This document shows positions 29,546 to 41,144 of a stretch of 64,000 nucleotides of DNA, one piece after another. The notes below the pieces were generated by a model that was not told the DNA's origin, ran no database searches, and saw nothing but the letters and a program-made list of their open reading frames with translations. The translations under genes were made by a program, and so were the position numbers. The DNA comes from an uncultured Gammaproteobacteria bacterium (GTDB lineage Bacteria; Pseudomonadota; Gammaproteobacteria; JAGOUU01). The stretch covers positions 839 to 64,838 of the forward strand of contig CAZSRF010000007.1 in NCBI GenBank assembly GCA_964609155.1, read 5' to 3'. The number at the start of each line of letters is the position of its first letter. Position 1 is the stretch's first letter.

Positions 29546-32110
29546 TTACTCTTGAATTCTCGCAACACTTACCAACTTTTCACCATTAGATAAGTTAATT
29601 AAACGAACACCTTGTGCTGTACGCCCTACTTCAGAAATCCCAGAAATTTCAGTTCTCACCAAAGTACCACCGTCACTAATTAACATAATTTCATCTTCAC
29701 TGGTAACTTTAATAGCACTAACTGTTTTACCATTTCTTACTGAAGTCGATATAGCAATAACACCTTGCCCACCACGATTATGAATTGGATACTGATCTAG
29801 TAATGTACGCTTACCAAAACCATTTTCTGTTGCCGTTAGAATAGTATTGTTATCTGATTTAGCAACAGTTATTAAGGCAATTAATTTTTGATCTTCTGCT
29901 AGTTTTATCCCTCGCACTCCACGCGCTGTTCTCCCCATGGCCCGAACCGCTGACTCAGCAAATCTTATAGCTTTTCCTGAATCTGAGAATAACATAATGT
30001 CATAGTTGCCATCTGTTAAACTTACGTCAATTAATTGATCATTATCGACTAATTCTAATGCTATAATACCGCTTGCTCTTGGACGAGAAAACTCATCTAA
30101 ACATGTTTTCTTAATCAGCCCTGACGACGTCGCCATGACAATATAATGTTCTGATCCGTTTTTTATATCTGCAGCTTTCAAGGGTAAAATAGCACTTATT
30201 TTTTCATCTTTTTCTAACGGCAAGAGATTTACAATAGGACGACCACGAGCAGTACGACTAGCTTGAGGTAACTGATAGACTTTTAACCAATAGACTTTAC
30301 CCTTACTTGAAAAACACAAAATAGTATCATGGGTATTTGCAACTAGCAGTTTATCTACAAAATCTTCATCACTCGTTGTGGTCGCTGTTTTCCCTCTACC
30401 GCCCCGCTTTTGAGTCTGATAAACATTTAAAGACTGATACTTAACATAACCTTTGTGTGATAACGTAACTACCACATCTTCCTGCTCAATTAAATCTTCA
30501 AGTACAATGTCATTTTGGCTATTTTGAATTTCTGTACATCTAGGATCGGCAAATTCATTTTTGACCTCGAGTAGTTCTTGATCAATAACAGCCATTAAAC
30601 GCTCAGGTTTATTTAAAATGTCTAAAAGATCTTTAATAAGCAATAAAAGATTCTCATACTCTTTGATTATTTTATCTTTCTCTAGACCGGTTAATCTGTG
30701 TAATCTTAAGTCTAAGATAGCTTGAGCTTGAACTGAAGATAACTTATATTGATTATTATTAATTAAACCAAAGTCTGCAGCTAAATCAGCTAATCTTGCA
30801 TTTTTTAAATCTTCCTTGCTTATATTAGCCAACAGTGATTCTAATGATCCTGCCTGCCAATTTTGATTCAGTAATCGCTCTTTAGCTTCCGCGGGAGATG
30901 CAGAGGTCTTAATTAAATTGATTATATCATCTATATTCGCTAACGCTACGGCCAGCCCCTCTAGTATATGGGCCCGTTCACGAGCTTTACGTAAATCATA
31001 AATACTTCGACGAGTAACGACTTCTCGGCGATGTCTTAAAAAAGCTTGTAATAACTGTTTTAAATTAAATAATTTTGGCTGTCCATCGATAAGAGCAACC
31101 ATATTAATGCCATAGACTGTCTGTAGCTGAGTATAAGAATACAATTTATTCAGGATGATTTCTGCCGAATCACCTTTTCTTACTTCTATGACAACCCTCA
31201 TCCCTTCTTTATTAGACTCATCACGCAGAGCGACAATACCTTCAATTTTCTTTTCTTTTACTAATTCCGCTATTTTTTCTACTAAACGAGCTTTATTAAC
31301 TTGAAATGGTAGCTCAGTTACTATTATAGTCTGTTTACCGCTACGTTCATTTTCTTCAATTTCAGTCCTTGCTCTTACATATATCCTACCGCGACCAGTT
31401 CTATAAGCAGAGACGATGCCTTCACAACCATTAATGATTCCAGCGGTAGGAAAATCTGGACCTTTAATATGGCTCATTAATTGTTCTAACGTGATATCAG
31501 GGTTGGCTAATAAAGCTCGACAGCCATCTATCACCTCACCCAAGTTATGCGTTGGAATATTAGTTGCCATCCCTACTGCAATTCCAGAAGAACCATTAAC
31601 TAATAAATTAGGAATTTTCGTTGGCAATACCGTAGGACAAAACTCTGTTTCGTCGTAATTAGGAGCAAAGTCGACAGTCTCTTTATCTAAATCAGCTAAT
31701 AAGCTATGAGAAAGCTTAGACATTCTTACTTCAGTGTAACGCATTGCTGCTGGAGGATCGCCATCGACAGAACCAAAGTTACCTTGCCCATCTACTAAAA
31801 GATAACGCATAGAAAAAGGCTGCGCCATACGAACAATAGTATCATACACTGCCGTATCACCATGCGGATGATATTTACCGATTACATCACCCACTACACG
31901 AGCAGATTTTTTATGAGGCTTATTCCAATCATTACCTAACTCCCGCATCGCAAACAACACCCGACGATGTACAGGCTTTAAACCATCGCGCACGTCTGGT
32001 AATGCCCGGCCTACAATTACGCTCATTGCATAGTCTAGATATGACTGTTTTAACTCGTCCTCTATATTAACTGGTATGATATTATTTGAACGTTGCGTAG
32101 TTTCTGACAT
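29546..32110 (-). CDS. gyrA: DNA gyrase subunit A
   Basis: Motifs [24 protein letters not shown] and HPHGD are present. C-terminal beta-pinwheel repeats follow. Confidence 0.9.
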   Translation of the reverse strand: MSETTQRSNNIIPVNIEDELKQSYLDYAMSVIVGRALPDVRDGLKPVHRRVLFAMRELGNDWNKPHKKSARVVGDVIGKYHPHGDTAVYDTIVRMAQPFSMRYLLVDGQGNFGSVDGDPPAAMRYTEVRMSKLSHSLLADLDKETVDFAPNYDETEFCPTVLPTKIPNLLVNGSSGIAVGMATNIPTHNLGEVIDGCRALLANPDITLEQLMSHIKGPDFPTAGIINGCEGIVSAYRTGRGRIYVRARTEIEENERSGKQTIIVTELPFQVNKARLVEKIAELVKEKKIEGIVALRDESNKEGMRVVIEVRKGDSAEIILNKLYSYTQLQTVYGINMVALIDGQPKLFNLKQLLQAFLRHRREVVTRRSIYDLRKARERAHILEGLAVALANIDDIINLIKTSASPAEAKERLLNQNWQAGSLESLLANISKEDLKNARLADLAADFGLINNNQYKLSSVQAQAILDLRLHRLTGLEKDKIIKEYENLLLLIKDLLDILNKPERLMAVIDQELLEVKNEFADPRCTEIQNSQNDIVLEDLIEQEDVVVTLSHKGYVKYQSLNVYQTQKRGGRGKTATTTSDEDFVDKLLVANTHDTILCFSSKGKVYWLKVYQLPQASRTARGRPIVNLLPLEKDEKISAILPLKAADIKNGSEHYIVMATSSGLIKKTCLDEFSRPRASGIIALELVDNDQLIDVSLTDGNYDIMLFSDSGKAIRFAESAVRAMGRTARGVRGIKLAEDQKLIALITVAKSDNNTILTATENGFGKRTLLDQYPIHNRGGQGVIAISTSVRNGKTVSAIKVTSEDEIMLISDGGTLVRTEISGISEVGRTAQGVRLINLSNGEKLVSVARIQE

Positions 32111-32215
32111 AAATTTATCCTATTTCAACATGCTATATATTAACATATTTAATGAATATTTTTTCAATAAAAGTTATGATGAGATTAATTAAATCTACTT
32201 ATATTAAACCAACAC

Positions 32216-33586
32216 ATGGAAAGTATTCAAAAAAGTATCAATAACAATAATCAGTTACAATATTTATCTGGTTTTAATAGTTATCATCAATCAGAAGCTG
32301 AGCCAGGTGCTCTGCCTAAAGAACAGAACTCTCCTCAAAAAGCTCCCTTAGGGCTTTATGCAGAGCAGCTTAGTGGAAGTGCCTTTACTACCCCCAGAGA
32401 ACAAACAAAGTTTAGTTGGTGTTATAGAACACTACCTTCAGTGACACATACACCATTTAAGAAAATACAACAAACCCAATGGCTAAGCCCCCCGTATAAC
32501 TTAAGTCTACAAACACCTAATCAATACCGCTGGTCACCTTTTGTCAATGCTGATCATATTCACAATCAAGCTAAAACAACCTTTTTCACCGGGATTAAGA
32601 CAGTTGCTGGTTTTGGTTCGGCTCAAAGTTTGCATGGCGCCAATGCTAATGTATTCTTTGCTAATCAATCCATGAGCGAAGAAAACATTTACTTTTCTAA
32701 TCATGATGCAGAAATGCTTATTGTTATGCAAAGTGGTAGTGCTTTATTTATCACAGAATTTGGCCAATTAGCTGTAGCATGTAATGCCGAAAAATCTGAA
32801 ATAATTGTTATTCCTAGGGGAATTAGATTTAAAGTCGATCTGATTTCAGACAGTATTTCAGGTTATATAGCTGAAAACTTTGGTAATCCTTTTAATTTAC
32901 CAGAACTAGGTCCTATTGGAGCCAATAGCCTTGCGAATCCTCGGCATTTTTTATACCCTCATGCAAGCTTTGAACATCCTCAAGCTCTCAAATCTCATCT
33001 TCCCGTTAAATGGCTTTGTAAATACCAAGGTTCTTTTTTTGCAGCAGAACTTCAAACATCGCCTTGTAACATAGTTGCATGGCATGGCAATTATGCGCCT
33101 TATAAATATAATCTCGATTTATTTAATACTATTAATACAGTAAGTTTTGATCATCCTGATCCTTCTATTTTTACTGTACTAACCTCTCCTACTGAAAGAC
33201 CAGGAGTTGCTAATCTAGATTTTGTTATTTTCCCTCCACGTTGGATGGTAGCAGAGAATACATTTAGACCACCTTATTTTCATCGTAATATTATGAGTGA
33301 ATTTATGGGGTTAATCAGAGGCGTGTATGATGCCAAACAGGGTGGATTCATACCTGGCAGCTACAGCATTCATAACCGCATGACGCCGCATGGTCCAGAT
33401 ACAGAGTCGTTGTTAAGTGCACAAAATGCAACACTCACTCCTGTAAAATTAATAAACACTCTAGCATTCATGTTCGAAAGTAATATGGCATGGGATATTA
33501 CTGAAGCTGAGTTAAATTCAAAACGTTTAGATCATGATTACTACAAGTGTTGGCAGAATATTCCACAACAAACCACGATCTCCTAA
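32216..33586 (+). CDS. hmgA: Homogentisate 1,2-dioxygenase
   Basis: The N-terminus has YLSGFNSYHQSEAEPGALP and the C-terminus has PHGPD. The length fits. Confidence 0.85.
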   Translation: MESIQKSINNNNQLQYLSGFNSYHQSEAEPGALPKEQNSPQKAPLGLYAEQLSGSAFTTPREQTKFSWCYRTLPSVTHTPFKKIQQTQWLSPPYNLSLQTPNQYRWSPFVNADHIHNQAKTTFFTGIKTVAGFGSAQSLHGANANVFFANQSMSEENIYFSNHDAEMLIVMQSGSALFITEFGQLAVACNAEKSEIIVIPRGIRFKVDLISDSISGYIAENFGNPFNLPELGPIGANSLANPRHFLYPHASFEHPQALKSHLPVKWLCKYQGSFFAAELQTSPCNIVAWHGNYAPYKYNLDLFNTINTVSFDHPDPSIFTVLTSPTERPGVANLDFVIFPPRWMVAENTFRPPYFHRNIMSEFMGLIRGVYDAKQGGFIPGSYSIHNRMTPHGPDTESLLSAQNATLTPVKLINTLAFMFESNMAWDITEAELNSKRLDHDYYKCWQNIPQQTTIS

Positions 33587-34088
33587 ACACGATGCCTTTA
33601 CTATTATAGAATTATTAGTAGTCGTATCTTTGATCTCTGTAATTACTATAACCTCTTTAAAAATTATAGAGAGGTATGTTTATTATTATAAAACACAAAT
33701 CACTCTTACTAAAATAAAAGCTCTAATTATACAGGCTCGCACCACTGCTCTTATAACGAATAAATCTATTAGCATCTGTGCTTATAACAAAACACTTAAA
33801 TACTGTGATGTTGACTGGCATCATCCTATTATAATTTTTTATCACACCGAAAATAAAGAAACATTCTCTCAAAGCCAAATTATACTTTTTGAACAACTCA
33901 ATCTATCACCTATTGAGACAATTAGTTTTGCTCAGTTTAAAAAAAATCACATCCTGACTTTCAACCAATACGGCGATTTGCCGCAAAATGGCAGTATTAT
34001 TTATACTAATAATTACAACAAGGCCATCCTTAACATTAATAAGCAAGGGCTAATTAAAGATAAGTTAGAGACTCTTCCTAACTTTTAA
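33534..34088 (+). CDS. Type IV pilus minor pilin, GspH/FimT-like (pseudopilin) with an atypical long leader
   Basis: The prepilin-like helix is AFTIIELLVVVSLISV with Glu at +5. The GspH-like C-terminal region is SICAYNKT...DVDW. It overlaps the hmgA 3' end by 53 nt, and no alternative in-frame start exists. Confidence 0.5.
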   Translation: MITTSVGRIFHNKPRSPKHDAFTIIELLVVVSLISVITITSLKIIERYVYYYKTQITLTKIKALIIQARTTALITNKSISICAYNKTLKYCDVDWHHPIIIFYHTENKETFSQSQIILFEQLNLSPIETISFAQFKKNHILTFNQYGDLPQNGSIIYTNNYNKAILNINKQGLIKDKLETLPNF

Positions 34089-34262
34089 TGACCTTTCTTT
34101 ATTCATTAGTCTTCACAGAATTACTAGACAAACCAACTTAATACACTTTAATGTATACTATAATTAACAACGAGAAGTAATTAGGACTTACACAGAATGA
34201 TCCTAGGTTGTCATCTAGGTCAAACGCTAAGTGTGCAGAACTGAGATCTGTTTTGCAAGACA

Positions 34263-34292
34263 CCGGCTCTTCGGCCGGTATGACAGGTTTTT
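34263..34292 (+). terminator. GC hairpin (ccggctcttcggccgg) followed about 9 nt later by a T6 run
   Basis: It is seen directly in the sequence, downstream of the FimT-like gene. Confidence 0.3.
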
Positions 34293-34415
34293 TGCGTAAG
34301 CCCTGGTAATGTTAGTTTTGTACCCAGTGCAAAACAGGATTGTGCCATAAATTTTTTTTATGTCCTGTAACATTTGTAACCATAAAAACAAATATAAAAT
34401 AGAGTTAATCAAGAG

Positions 34416-34970
34416 GTGTGCATTGTGTCTCAGTTTAAAAATTTTATTATCGCTGCATTTTCATTAATAGAAACTGTAATCATTGTTGCAATTGTAGGGA
34501 TTGTTGCAATATTGGTCGTGCCTAATATGAATACCTTACTTAACCAAAATCAAGCTACCCAACAATCACATGACTTTGTTACAGCAATACAATTAGCCTC
34601 AAGCCAAGCTGAAAACAGTGGGACCAAGGTTTCAATATGCGCAAAAAAATCTACTACAGAAGAATGCGTTAGTTACACGGCTTCTCCAGATAAAACAATT
34701 TGGAGCAATGGTTGGTTAATTTTTATTGATAACAATGATAATGCTATTTATGACTCCGGAGATACTCTAGTCAAAGTACAAGCAAACTCAACTAATCAAG
34801 TTTCTATCACCGCGCCAAGCTCAACTGTAACAATTACAGACGGAGGTATTGTCACCAGAGGTTCGGGAAATTTTGACTTTACCCCTGTTGCTTGTAAAGT
34901 TAATGGCACACATCGAGTCAAGCTTACAACTAACGGAAATATTACCGTGGAAGGTGTTGCGTGCAGCTAA
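34416..34970 (+). CDS. Type IV pilus minor pilin, GspH/FimU-like
   Basis: AAFSLIETVIIVAIVGIVAILVVPNM resembles the prepilin N-terminal methylation segment. The GspH-type C-terminal region is SICAKKS...NGWLIFIDNNDN. Confidence 0.6.
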   Translation: MCIVSQFKNFIIAAFSLIETVIIVAIVGIVAILVVPNMNTLLNQNQATQQSHDFVTAIQLASSQAENSGTKVSICAKKSTTEECVSYTASPDKTIWSNGWLIFIDNNDNAIYDSGDTLVKVQANSTNQVSITAPSSTVTITDGGIVTRGSGNFDFTPVACKVNGTHRVKLTTNGNITVEGVACS

Positions 34971-35434
34971 AATATATGAAACCCCGAGGTATTGGGCTTC
35001 TAGAAACATTGAGTACGGTCCTGATTGTTACCTTTGGCCTAGTAGGCCTAGCAAATCTTCAAACAAAAAATATAGCTTATGTAAATAATAGTTACAGCCT
35101 ATTAAAATCTTCTTTCTATGCTGATGAATTAATGCAAAAAATTACAAATAACCTCACTCTTGCTAAATCAGATCCATCCCCTTATGTGCTGGCCAGCTTT
35201 ACAGATACCCCATCGGTTCAAGCCACCAGTGCCTGTATTACCACTGATTGCACTCCGGATCAATTAGCTGTTTTTGATATGTCGACTTGGCTTTTTAAAG
35301 TTAAAAATGGGCTACCTAATGGCAAAGCTAGAGTTACAAAAGACACTAGTGGTAGCTCTGTACTGTATACCATTGAAATACAATGGCAATATAAAACAGA
35401 TACAAAAAATTATAAATTTGTGGGGCAGTTATGA
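34961..35434 (+). CDS. pilV: Type IV pilus minor pilin PilV
   Basis: PRGIGLLETLSTVLIVTFGLVGLANLQ is present. The size and its position in the operon fit PilV. Confidence 0.65.
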   Translation: MQLKYMKPRGIGLLETLSTVLIVTFGLVGLANLQTKNIAYVNNSYSLLKSSFYADELMQKITNNLTLAKSDPSPYVLASFTDTPSVQATSACITTDCTPDQLAVFDMSTWLFKVKNGLPNGKARVTKDTSGSSVLYTIEIQWQYKTDTKNYKFVGQL

Positions 35435-36450
35435 TACGTAAAATAAAAGGTCTAACGCTCACCGAATTAATGGTTGATCTGGTATTATCCTCTATGGTGA
35501 TAAGCGCTGTTTTAGGTTTATATATTAATTATAAGCGTAGCTTTAACTACCAATCAGATATGATATTTATGTACCAAAATGCACAAAATGTCTACGATTA
35601 CTTAAATAATGATGTACAATTAGCTGGTTTCTATGGCTGTGATTCTGATCCAAGCTCTATTCAATACGCACTAACTGCTAGCTATGACTACAATTTATCA
35701 AATATTGTTACAGGTAACGAAGCCACAGGAACTGGTATCAATACAACCTATTCACTTGCATCACCAGCATCCGGTTGGTCGCCAACTTTGCAAGGGCAGG
35801 TTGCAACAGTTACCCCAAACGCAGGCTCAGATATTGTAACTATAAGATTTGTTGATACCAATACAGTAGGTGTCCTTTCTGCAGATACAACCGGACTCAC
35901 TATTGCAAGCACTGGCATTCAAAATAATGTTGCAGTAGGTGATATATTATTAATTTCAGATTGTAGACGCACTGTTGTATTTCAAGTAGCTACTGTTAGC
36001 ACTAATCAAATAACTCCAACTGCTTCCATTGGTAGTTTAAACTCTGGAGCTGAAATTTATCCTATTAATATTAATAGCTACTATGTTAGAACAGTCAATA
36101 ATATCTCCAGCTTATATAGATTACATAATGGAATCGAGGAAATGCTAGTACCTTATGTAGAAAATCTCCAATTGCTATATGGCCAAGATACTAACTCTGA
36201 TGGGGTAATCAATAGAATTAATACGGCAAGCACAATCAGTGCCAATCCAATTAACAGCATACTGGTAAGCGTATTAATGCGTTCCATTGACAAGCAAATG
36301 CAAACACCTGTTTCTGTAACTAGCTATTCAATAATGGCTGCCCCGACAGCAATACAAATGACAAGCACAATTAATGTAACCAATGATAAATACCAGCGAA
36401 AAGTTTTTGATTATAACTTAGACTTTCCTAACATAGGAGGTAACGTATGA
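35431..36450 (+). CDS. pilW: Type IV pilus assembly protein PilW
   Basis: IKGLTLTELMVDLVLSSMVISAVLGLY is present. The size is about 340 aa and the start overlaps pilV by 4 nt. Confidence 0.65.
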   Translation: MIRKIKGLTLTELMVDLVLSSMVISAVLGLYINYKRSFNYQSDMIFMYQNAQNVYDYLNNDVQLAGFYGCDSDPSSIQYALTASYDYNLSNIVTGNEATGTGINTTYSLASPASGWSPTLQGQVATVTPNAGSDIVTIRFVDTNTVGVLSADTTGLTIASTGIQNNVAVGDILLISDCRRTVVFQVATVSTNQITPTASIGSLNSGAEIYPININSYYVRTVNNISSLYRLHNGIEEMLVPYVENLQLLYGQDTNSDGVINRINTASTISANPINSILVSVLMRSIDKQMQTPVSVTSYSIMAAPTAIQMTSTINVTNDKYQRKVFDYNLDFPNIGGNV

Positions 36451-36983
36451 GGCACTTAAAATCGTCACAAAGATCTAAAGGCATGGCTTTACTTATTAGT
36501 GGGGTAGTACTACTAGTGGTGTTAATGCTTACTATGACAAGTATCAAAAACACACAGTCTAACCAACAAATTGCCACAAACTTTCAAAGTAAAATTGAAG
36601 GACAAGCCGCTGCTCAAGCGGCAGTAAATGAAGCAAAAACATTTTTATCTTCACAAAAACCTAACACTGTTTTATTTACAAGCAATTGCCAAAATGGTTT
36701 ATGTACAGATCAAAAAACTGGCTCCATATGGAACAGTGCATCAGCTTGGACTAACCCAGTGCAGTTACAAAGCAATCTGCAAAGCAAAACTAATATTTTA
36801 AGCAATCCTAAATATATAATAGAATATGTAGGCGATAAAACATCGCAAGACTCTTTATCTGTTGGGAGCGGTGATTATGGCAATAACAAAGACGTTTCTA
36901 CTAAGCCTGTCTATAGAATCACAGGTAAAGCGCAGGGGCAAAAAGGTACAAAACAAACTATCATTCAATCAACAGTATATTAA
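36447..36983 (+). CDS. pilX: Type IV pilus minor pilin PilX
   Basis: KGMALLISGVVLLVVLMLT, a PilX-type N-terminus without Glu5, is present. The start overlaps pilW by 4 nt. Confidence 0.6.
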   Translation: MRHLKSSQRSKGMALLISGVVLLVVLMLTMTSIKNTQSNQQIATNFQSKIEGQAAAQAAVNEAKTFLSSQKPNTVLFTSNCQNGLCTDQKTGSIWNSASAWTNPVQLQSNLQSKTNILSNPKYIIEYVGDKTSQDSLSVGSGDYGNNKDVSTKPVYRITGKAQGQKGTKQTIIQSTVY

Positions 36984-37001
36984 CAATTATCAATATAAGT
37001 T

Positions 37002-37400
37002 ATGAAAAATTATAGATACAGCAATATCAATGGATTTAGTCTTATCGAGATGCTGATTGTCATTGTGATTATAAGCATATTAGTGGGTATAGCATTTCCA
37101 ACTTATACTAAGCAAATTCAATCCTCAAAAAGAACAGAAGGTCGTAATAGCTTATTAGATTATGCCATGAAGTTTGAAGAATATTATGGAACAAACTTCA
37201 CCTATACTGGCGCTGACACCTATTACGGTTTAAATGCTACGCCCGTAACAGATAATGGCCTATACAAAATCTCTGCAGCAGTAACTACAAACACTTACAC
37301 TCTAACAGCAACAGCACAAGGTGCGCAAACCAAAGATACGACCTGCCCCACCTTAACTTTAACTCAAACAGGAAGCAAAGCACCTAGCGCCTGCTGGTAA
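37002..37400 (+). CDS. pilE: Type IV pilin (PilE/PilA-like, class II prepilin)
   Basis: The canonical NGFSLIEMLIVIVIISILVGIA is present. The protein has a C-terminal Cys pair. Confidence 0.7.
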   Translation: MKNYRYSNINGFSLIEMLIVIVIISILVGIAFPTYTKQIQSSKRTEGRNSLLDYAMKFEEYYGTNFTYTGADTYYGLNATPVTDNGLYKISAAVTTNTYTLTATAQGAQTKDTTCPTLTLTQTGSKAPSACW

Positions 37401-37441
37401 CTAACCTTTACAGCTAAGCAGGTGCAAAAGCTGTTATCTAG

Positions 37442-40045
37442 TTAATTTTTATTAAAAATAATCTCACCTTCTTTATTTAAATTCACTTTTATATTATCCT
37501 TTGGCATGAATTTCCCAGCTAATATCTCTTGCGCCAAAGGATTCTCTATATAAGACTGAATAGCTCTCTTTAAAGGTCGTGCACCGTAGACTGGATCAAA
37601 ACCTGATTCAGACAGCTTCTCTAATGCTTCATTAGATAAATCTAATGTAATCTCTCTCTGTGCCAAACGTTTACGTAAATACTCCAATTGAATTAAAGCA
37701 ATCTGTTTAATATTATTTTTATCCAATGGATGAAACACTACTGTCTCATCAATACGGTTAATAAACTCAGGCCTAAAACTTTGAGCAACAATTTCTAGCA
37801 CCTGTTGTTTTAATTGATTATAGTCTAATCGATGTGCCGATTCTTGAATAATATGAGAACCCAAATTTGAGGTCATAACAATTACAGTATTTTTAAAATC
37901 AACTGTCACTCCCTGCCCGGTAGTTAATCTACCATCATCCAATACTTGAAGCAGCACATTAAAAACATCATTATGTGCTTTTTCAATTTCATCAAATAAA
38001 ATAACAGAATAAGGTTTTCTACGCACCGCTTCGGTTAATTGTCCACCTTCTTCATAACCAACATATCCAGGAGGAGCACCAATAAGTCTTGCTACAGAGT
38101 GTTTTTCCATATATTCAGACATATCAAGTCTAATCATAGCGCTTTGTGTATCAAATAAGAAACTAGCTAAAGCTTTACAAAGCTCTGTTTTTCCAACACC
38201 TGTAGGACCTAAAAATAAAAAAGAGCCTATTGGCCTATTAGGATCAGATAACCCAGCACGAGAACGCCTGATAGCATTAGCAACTGCATTGACAGCTTCA
38301 TCTTGACCAATAACTTGTTTATGTAACTCGTCTTCCATTTTTAATAGTTTTTCTCGCTCTGACTCTAGCATTTTAGACACGGGGATACCCGTCCAGCGAG
38401 ATACAACATGCGCTATTTCATCAGTAGTTACTTTATTACGGATAAGCTTGTGATTATCTGCACCTGTATCAGCAGCCTGAACAGACGCAGCAGCTTGTAA
38501 TTGTTTCTCTAGCTCAGGAATCTTACCATACTGCAATTCTGACATACGAGCAAGATCACCTGCACGTCTGGCTGATTCTAACTCTATACGTGTTCTATCT
38601 AGCTCTTCTTTAATATGCTGAGTTCCCTGTAAACTAGCTTTTTCAGCTTGCCAGATCTCATTAAAGTTTGCGTATTCTGCTTCTAACTTATTTATCTCAG
38701 CTTCAAGTAGACTTAATCTTTTTTTAGAAGCTTCATCGGATTCTCTTCTCAAAGCCTCACGTTCAATTTTATATTGAATTAACCTACGCTCAAGTTTATC
38801 CATTACTTCTGGCTTAGAGTCTATTTCAATTCTTATTTGGCTAGCCGCTTCATCTATTAAATCAATCGCTTTATCTGGCAACTGCCTACCACTGATATAT
38901 CTATGCGATAAAACAGCTGCAGAAACCAATGCCGGATCGGTTATTTCAACACCATGATGCAATTCATAACGCTCATAAAGACCTCGTAAAATAGCAATTG
39001 TATCCTCCACTGAAGGTTCATTTACTAAAACTTTTTGAAATCTTCTTTCAAGTGCTGCATCTTTTTCTATATATTTTCTATACTCATCTAAAGTAGTTGC
39101 ACCCACACAATGTAATTCTCCACGCGCTAAAGCGGGTTTTAACATATTACCAGCATCCATAGCCCCTTCAGCCTTACCAGCGCCAACCATCGTATGAATC
39201 TCATCGATAAATAATATAATTTGACCTTCTTGTTTTGCTAAGTCATTCAATAAAGCTTTTAAACGCTCTTCAAATTCTCCTCTAAACTTTGCACCCGCGA
39301 TTAGAGCTCCCATGTCCAATGATAATAATCTTTTACCTCTTAGGCCCTCGGGTACTTCATTGTTTACTATTCTTTGCGCAAGACCTTCCGCAATAGCTGT
39401 TTTACCTACCCCAGGCTCTCCAATCAATACTGGGTTATTTTTAGTACGTCGTTGTAATACCTGAATAGTACGTCTAATTTCATCATCACGACCTATCACC
39501 GGATCTAGTTTTCCCTGCTCAGCTCGCTCGGTCAAATCAATAGTATATTTACTCAAAGCCTGTCTATTATCTTCTGCATTTTGATCATCTACTTGCTGAC
39601 CACCTCTAATTTTATCAATAGCAGCTTCTAATTTAGTTTTATCACAACCACTTTTTTGTAAAATCTTTGTCAATTCACTTTGACGATTGTTATTTTCTAA
39701 TGCAGCTAACACAAATAATTCACTAGAAATAAACGCATCTTTGCGTTTTTGAGCTAAACGATCAGTCAAATTAAGTAAGTTATTAAGCTCTTGCGATACA
39801 GTTATATCTCCCGTTGCATTACCCAATTGAGGTAATTTATCTATAGCTTCATCTAGTAACGTTCTTAAATTTGGAATGGAAACCCCAGCACTTACTAATA
39901 GTGGTCTGATAGTCCCTCCCTGTTGGTCTAATAACGCTTTCATAAGATGAAGCGAGTCGATAGATGGATGATCTCGACCCACAGCTAAAGATTGTGCATC
40001 TGCAATAGCTTGTTGAAACTTATTAGTAAGTTTGTCTAATCTCAT
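37442..40045 (-). CDS. clpB: ATP-dependent chaperone ClpB
   Basis: It has two AAA+ modules ([10 protein letters not shown] and [10 protein letters not shown]), a long middle coiled coil and an N-terminal Clp_N domain. Confidence 0.9.
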   Translation of the reverse strand: MRLDKLTNKFQQAIADAQSLAVGRDHPSIDSLHLMKALLDQQGGTIRPLLVSAGVSIPNLRTLLDEAIDKLPQLGNATGDITVSQELNNLLNLTDRLAQKRKDAFISSELFVLAALENNNRQSELTKILQKSGCDKTKLEAAIDKIRGGQQVDDQNAEDNRQALSKYTIDLTERAEQGKLDPVIGRDDEIRRTIQVLQRRTKNNPVLIGEPGVGKTAIAEGLAQRIVNNEVPEGLRGKRLLSLDMGALIAGAKFRGEFEERLKALLNDLAKQEGQIILFIDEIHTMVGAGKAEGAMDAGNMLKPALARGELHCVGATTLDEYRKYIEKDAALERRFQKVLVNEPSVEDTIAILRGLYERYELHHGVEITDPALVSAAVLSHRYISGRQLPDKAIDLIDEAASQIRIEIDSKPEVMDKLERRLIQYKIEREALRRESDEASKKRLSLLEAEINKLEAEYANFNEIWQAEKASLQGTQHIKEELDRTRIELESARRAGDLARMSELQYGKIPELEKQLQAAASVQAADTGADNHKLIRNKVTTDEIAHVVSRWTGIPVSKMLESEREKLLKMEDELHKQVIGQDEAVNAVANAIRRSRAGLSDPNRPIGSFLFLGPTGVGKTELCKALASFLFDTQSAMIRLDMSEYMEKHSVARLIGAPPGYVGYEEGGQLTEAVRRKPYSVILFDEIEKAHNDVFNVLLQVLDDGRLTTGQGVTVDFKNTVIVMTSNLGSHIIQESAHRLDYNQLKQQVLEIVAQSFRPEFINRIDETVVFHPLDKNNIKQIALIQLEYLRKRLAQREITLDLSNEALEKLSESGFDPVYGARPLKRAIQSYIENPLAQEILAGKFMPKDNIKVNLNKEGEIIFNKN

Positions 40046-40170
40046 ATATTGCCCTTATTAAATATCTTCTTAATCTTAGATATAATTTAATATAGGGGCG
40101 AGTTAGTAAATTTCAATACAAGTCTTAGATAAAAGCTTTAAGTCTTTTTAATATACTTTACTATATTTTA

Positions 40171-40503
40171 TTATATTTTGTAGACTCTGCGAGTTATCGT
40201 TAAGTAATCTCCGTATCGATCAAGAGTAAGCTGTCGCATTTTCTGCGCATGATTTACAAAGTAATCATCTAAATATTCTTGTGAGCTAATTTCATATTGT
40301 ACTAACAAGTAGCTATGAGACAGTTTTTTATTATTACCTGTGGTGTTACAACTATCAGTATAGATATCAGTAATATCTAAGAATATTTTTGCCGTTAAAA
40401 ACCCTTCAAAATTTAGCATATCCTTGATGTGATCTTGTAACCATATTTTGTACTCTTCAAATATCACATTGGATACTTGTATATTAACTTCATAAATTAG
40501 CAT
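40171..40503 (-). CDS. Hypothetical small cytoplasmic protein
   Basis: The ORF has no recognised motif. Confidence 0.35.
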   Translation of the reverse strand: MLIYEVNIQVSNVIFEEYKIWLQDHIKDMLNFEGFLTAKIFLDITDIYTDSCNTTGNNKKLSHSYLLVQYEISSQEYLDDYFVNHAQKMRQLTLDRYGDYLTITRRVYKI

Positions 40504-40563
40504 TGTAAATTCTTAATATTACATTATAATCGCTGCTAATATACTATATAAATATATATTATT

Positions 40564-41142
40564 GTGGCAAATAAATTATTTTTTCTTTATTCATTTTTTA
40601 ATTTAATAATATTAAATATTAAGAACATTATTATTAATAAAATTAAAATTATTGGTAAATTTTATTATAGTGCCTTTAAGAATATCAATAACGAATATAA
40701 TTTAATACTAGAAAAAATAATCTTCTCTCCTAAACATAACCAAAAAATTCCGGTACTCCGTTTAACTGGTTCTGGCGGTTATATTTTAGAAACTGCAGCT
40801 AGTATTTTAAAAAATGAGAAATTTAAATGTTATCTACATCCAGATGATTTAATTACTATCTATAAATTAAATGAAGAACTACAAAGTAACAACCATATTG
40901 TTCAAGAAGATTTTAGTGGACAAATATATTTATCAAATGGTGACAAAGTAAATATCTATACACCCAATTTGGAAGAAATAGATCTTAATAAATTATTTTC
41001 ACTCCCCAAAAACCAGGCAGCTCGTTTACTCGAACAACGGGGGTTTAAAAAGGGCCGAGAAATTAGCCAAGAAATTGCCGAACTTAAATCAAATATTGTT
41101 AAATTAACCAGAAATAGTTTTAAGGTCATTACCAGACGCTAA
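40564..41142 (+). CDS. Hypothetical protein; the N-terminal ~50 codons lie in extremely AT-rich DNA and may be non-coding
   Basis: The C-terminal two-thirds look coding. The start is uncertain. Confidence 0.3.
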   Translation: MANKLFFLYSFFNLIILNIKNIIINKIKIIGKFYYSAFKNINNEYNLILEKIIFSPKHNQKIPVLRLTGSGGYILETAASILKNEKFKCYLHPDDLITIYKLNEELQSNNHIVQEDFSGQIYLSNGDKVNIYTPNLEEIDLNKLFSLPKNQAARLLEQRGFKKGREISQEIAELKSNIVKLTRNSFKVITRR

Positions 41143-41144
41143 AC

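Noticed and set aside
34227-34412. 61-aa minus-strand ORF in the pilin-cluster spacer
   Set aside because: It has no RBS or homology. The region is better explained as a structured non-coding spacer.
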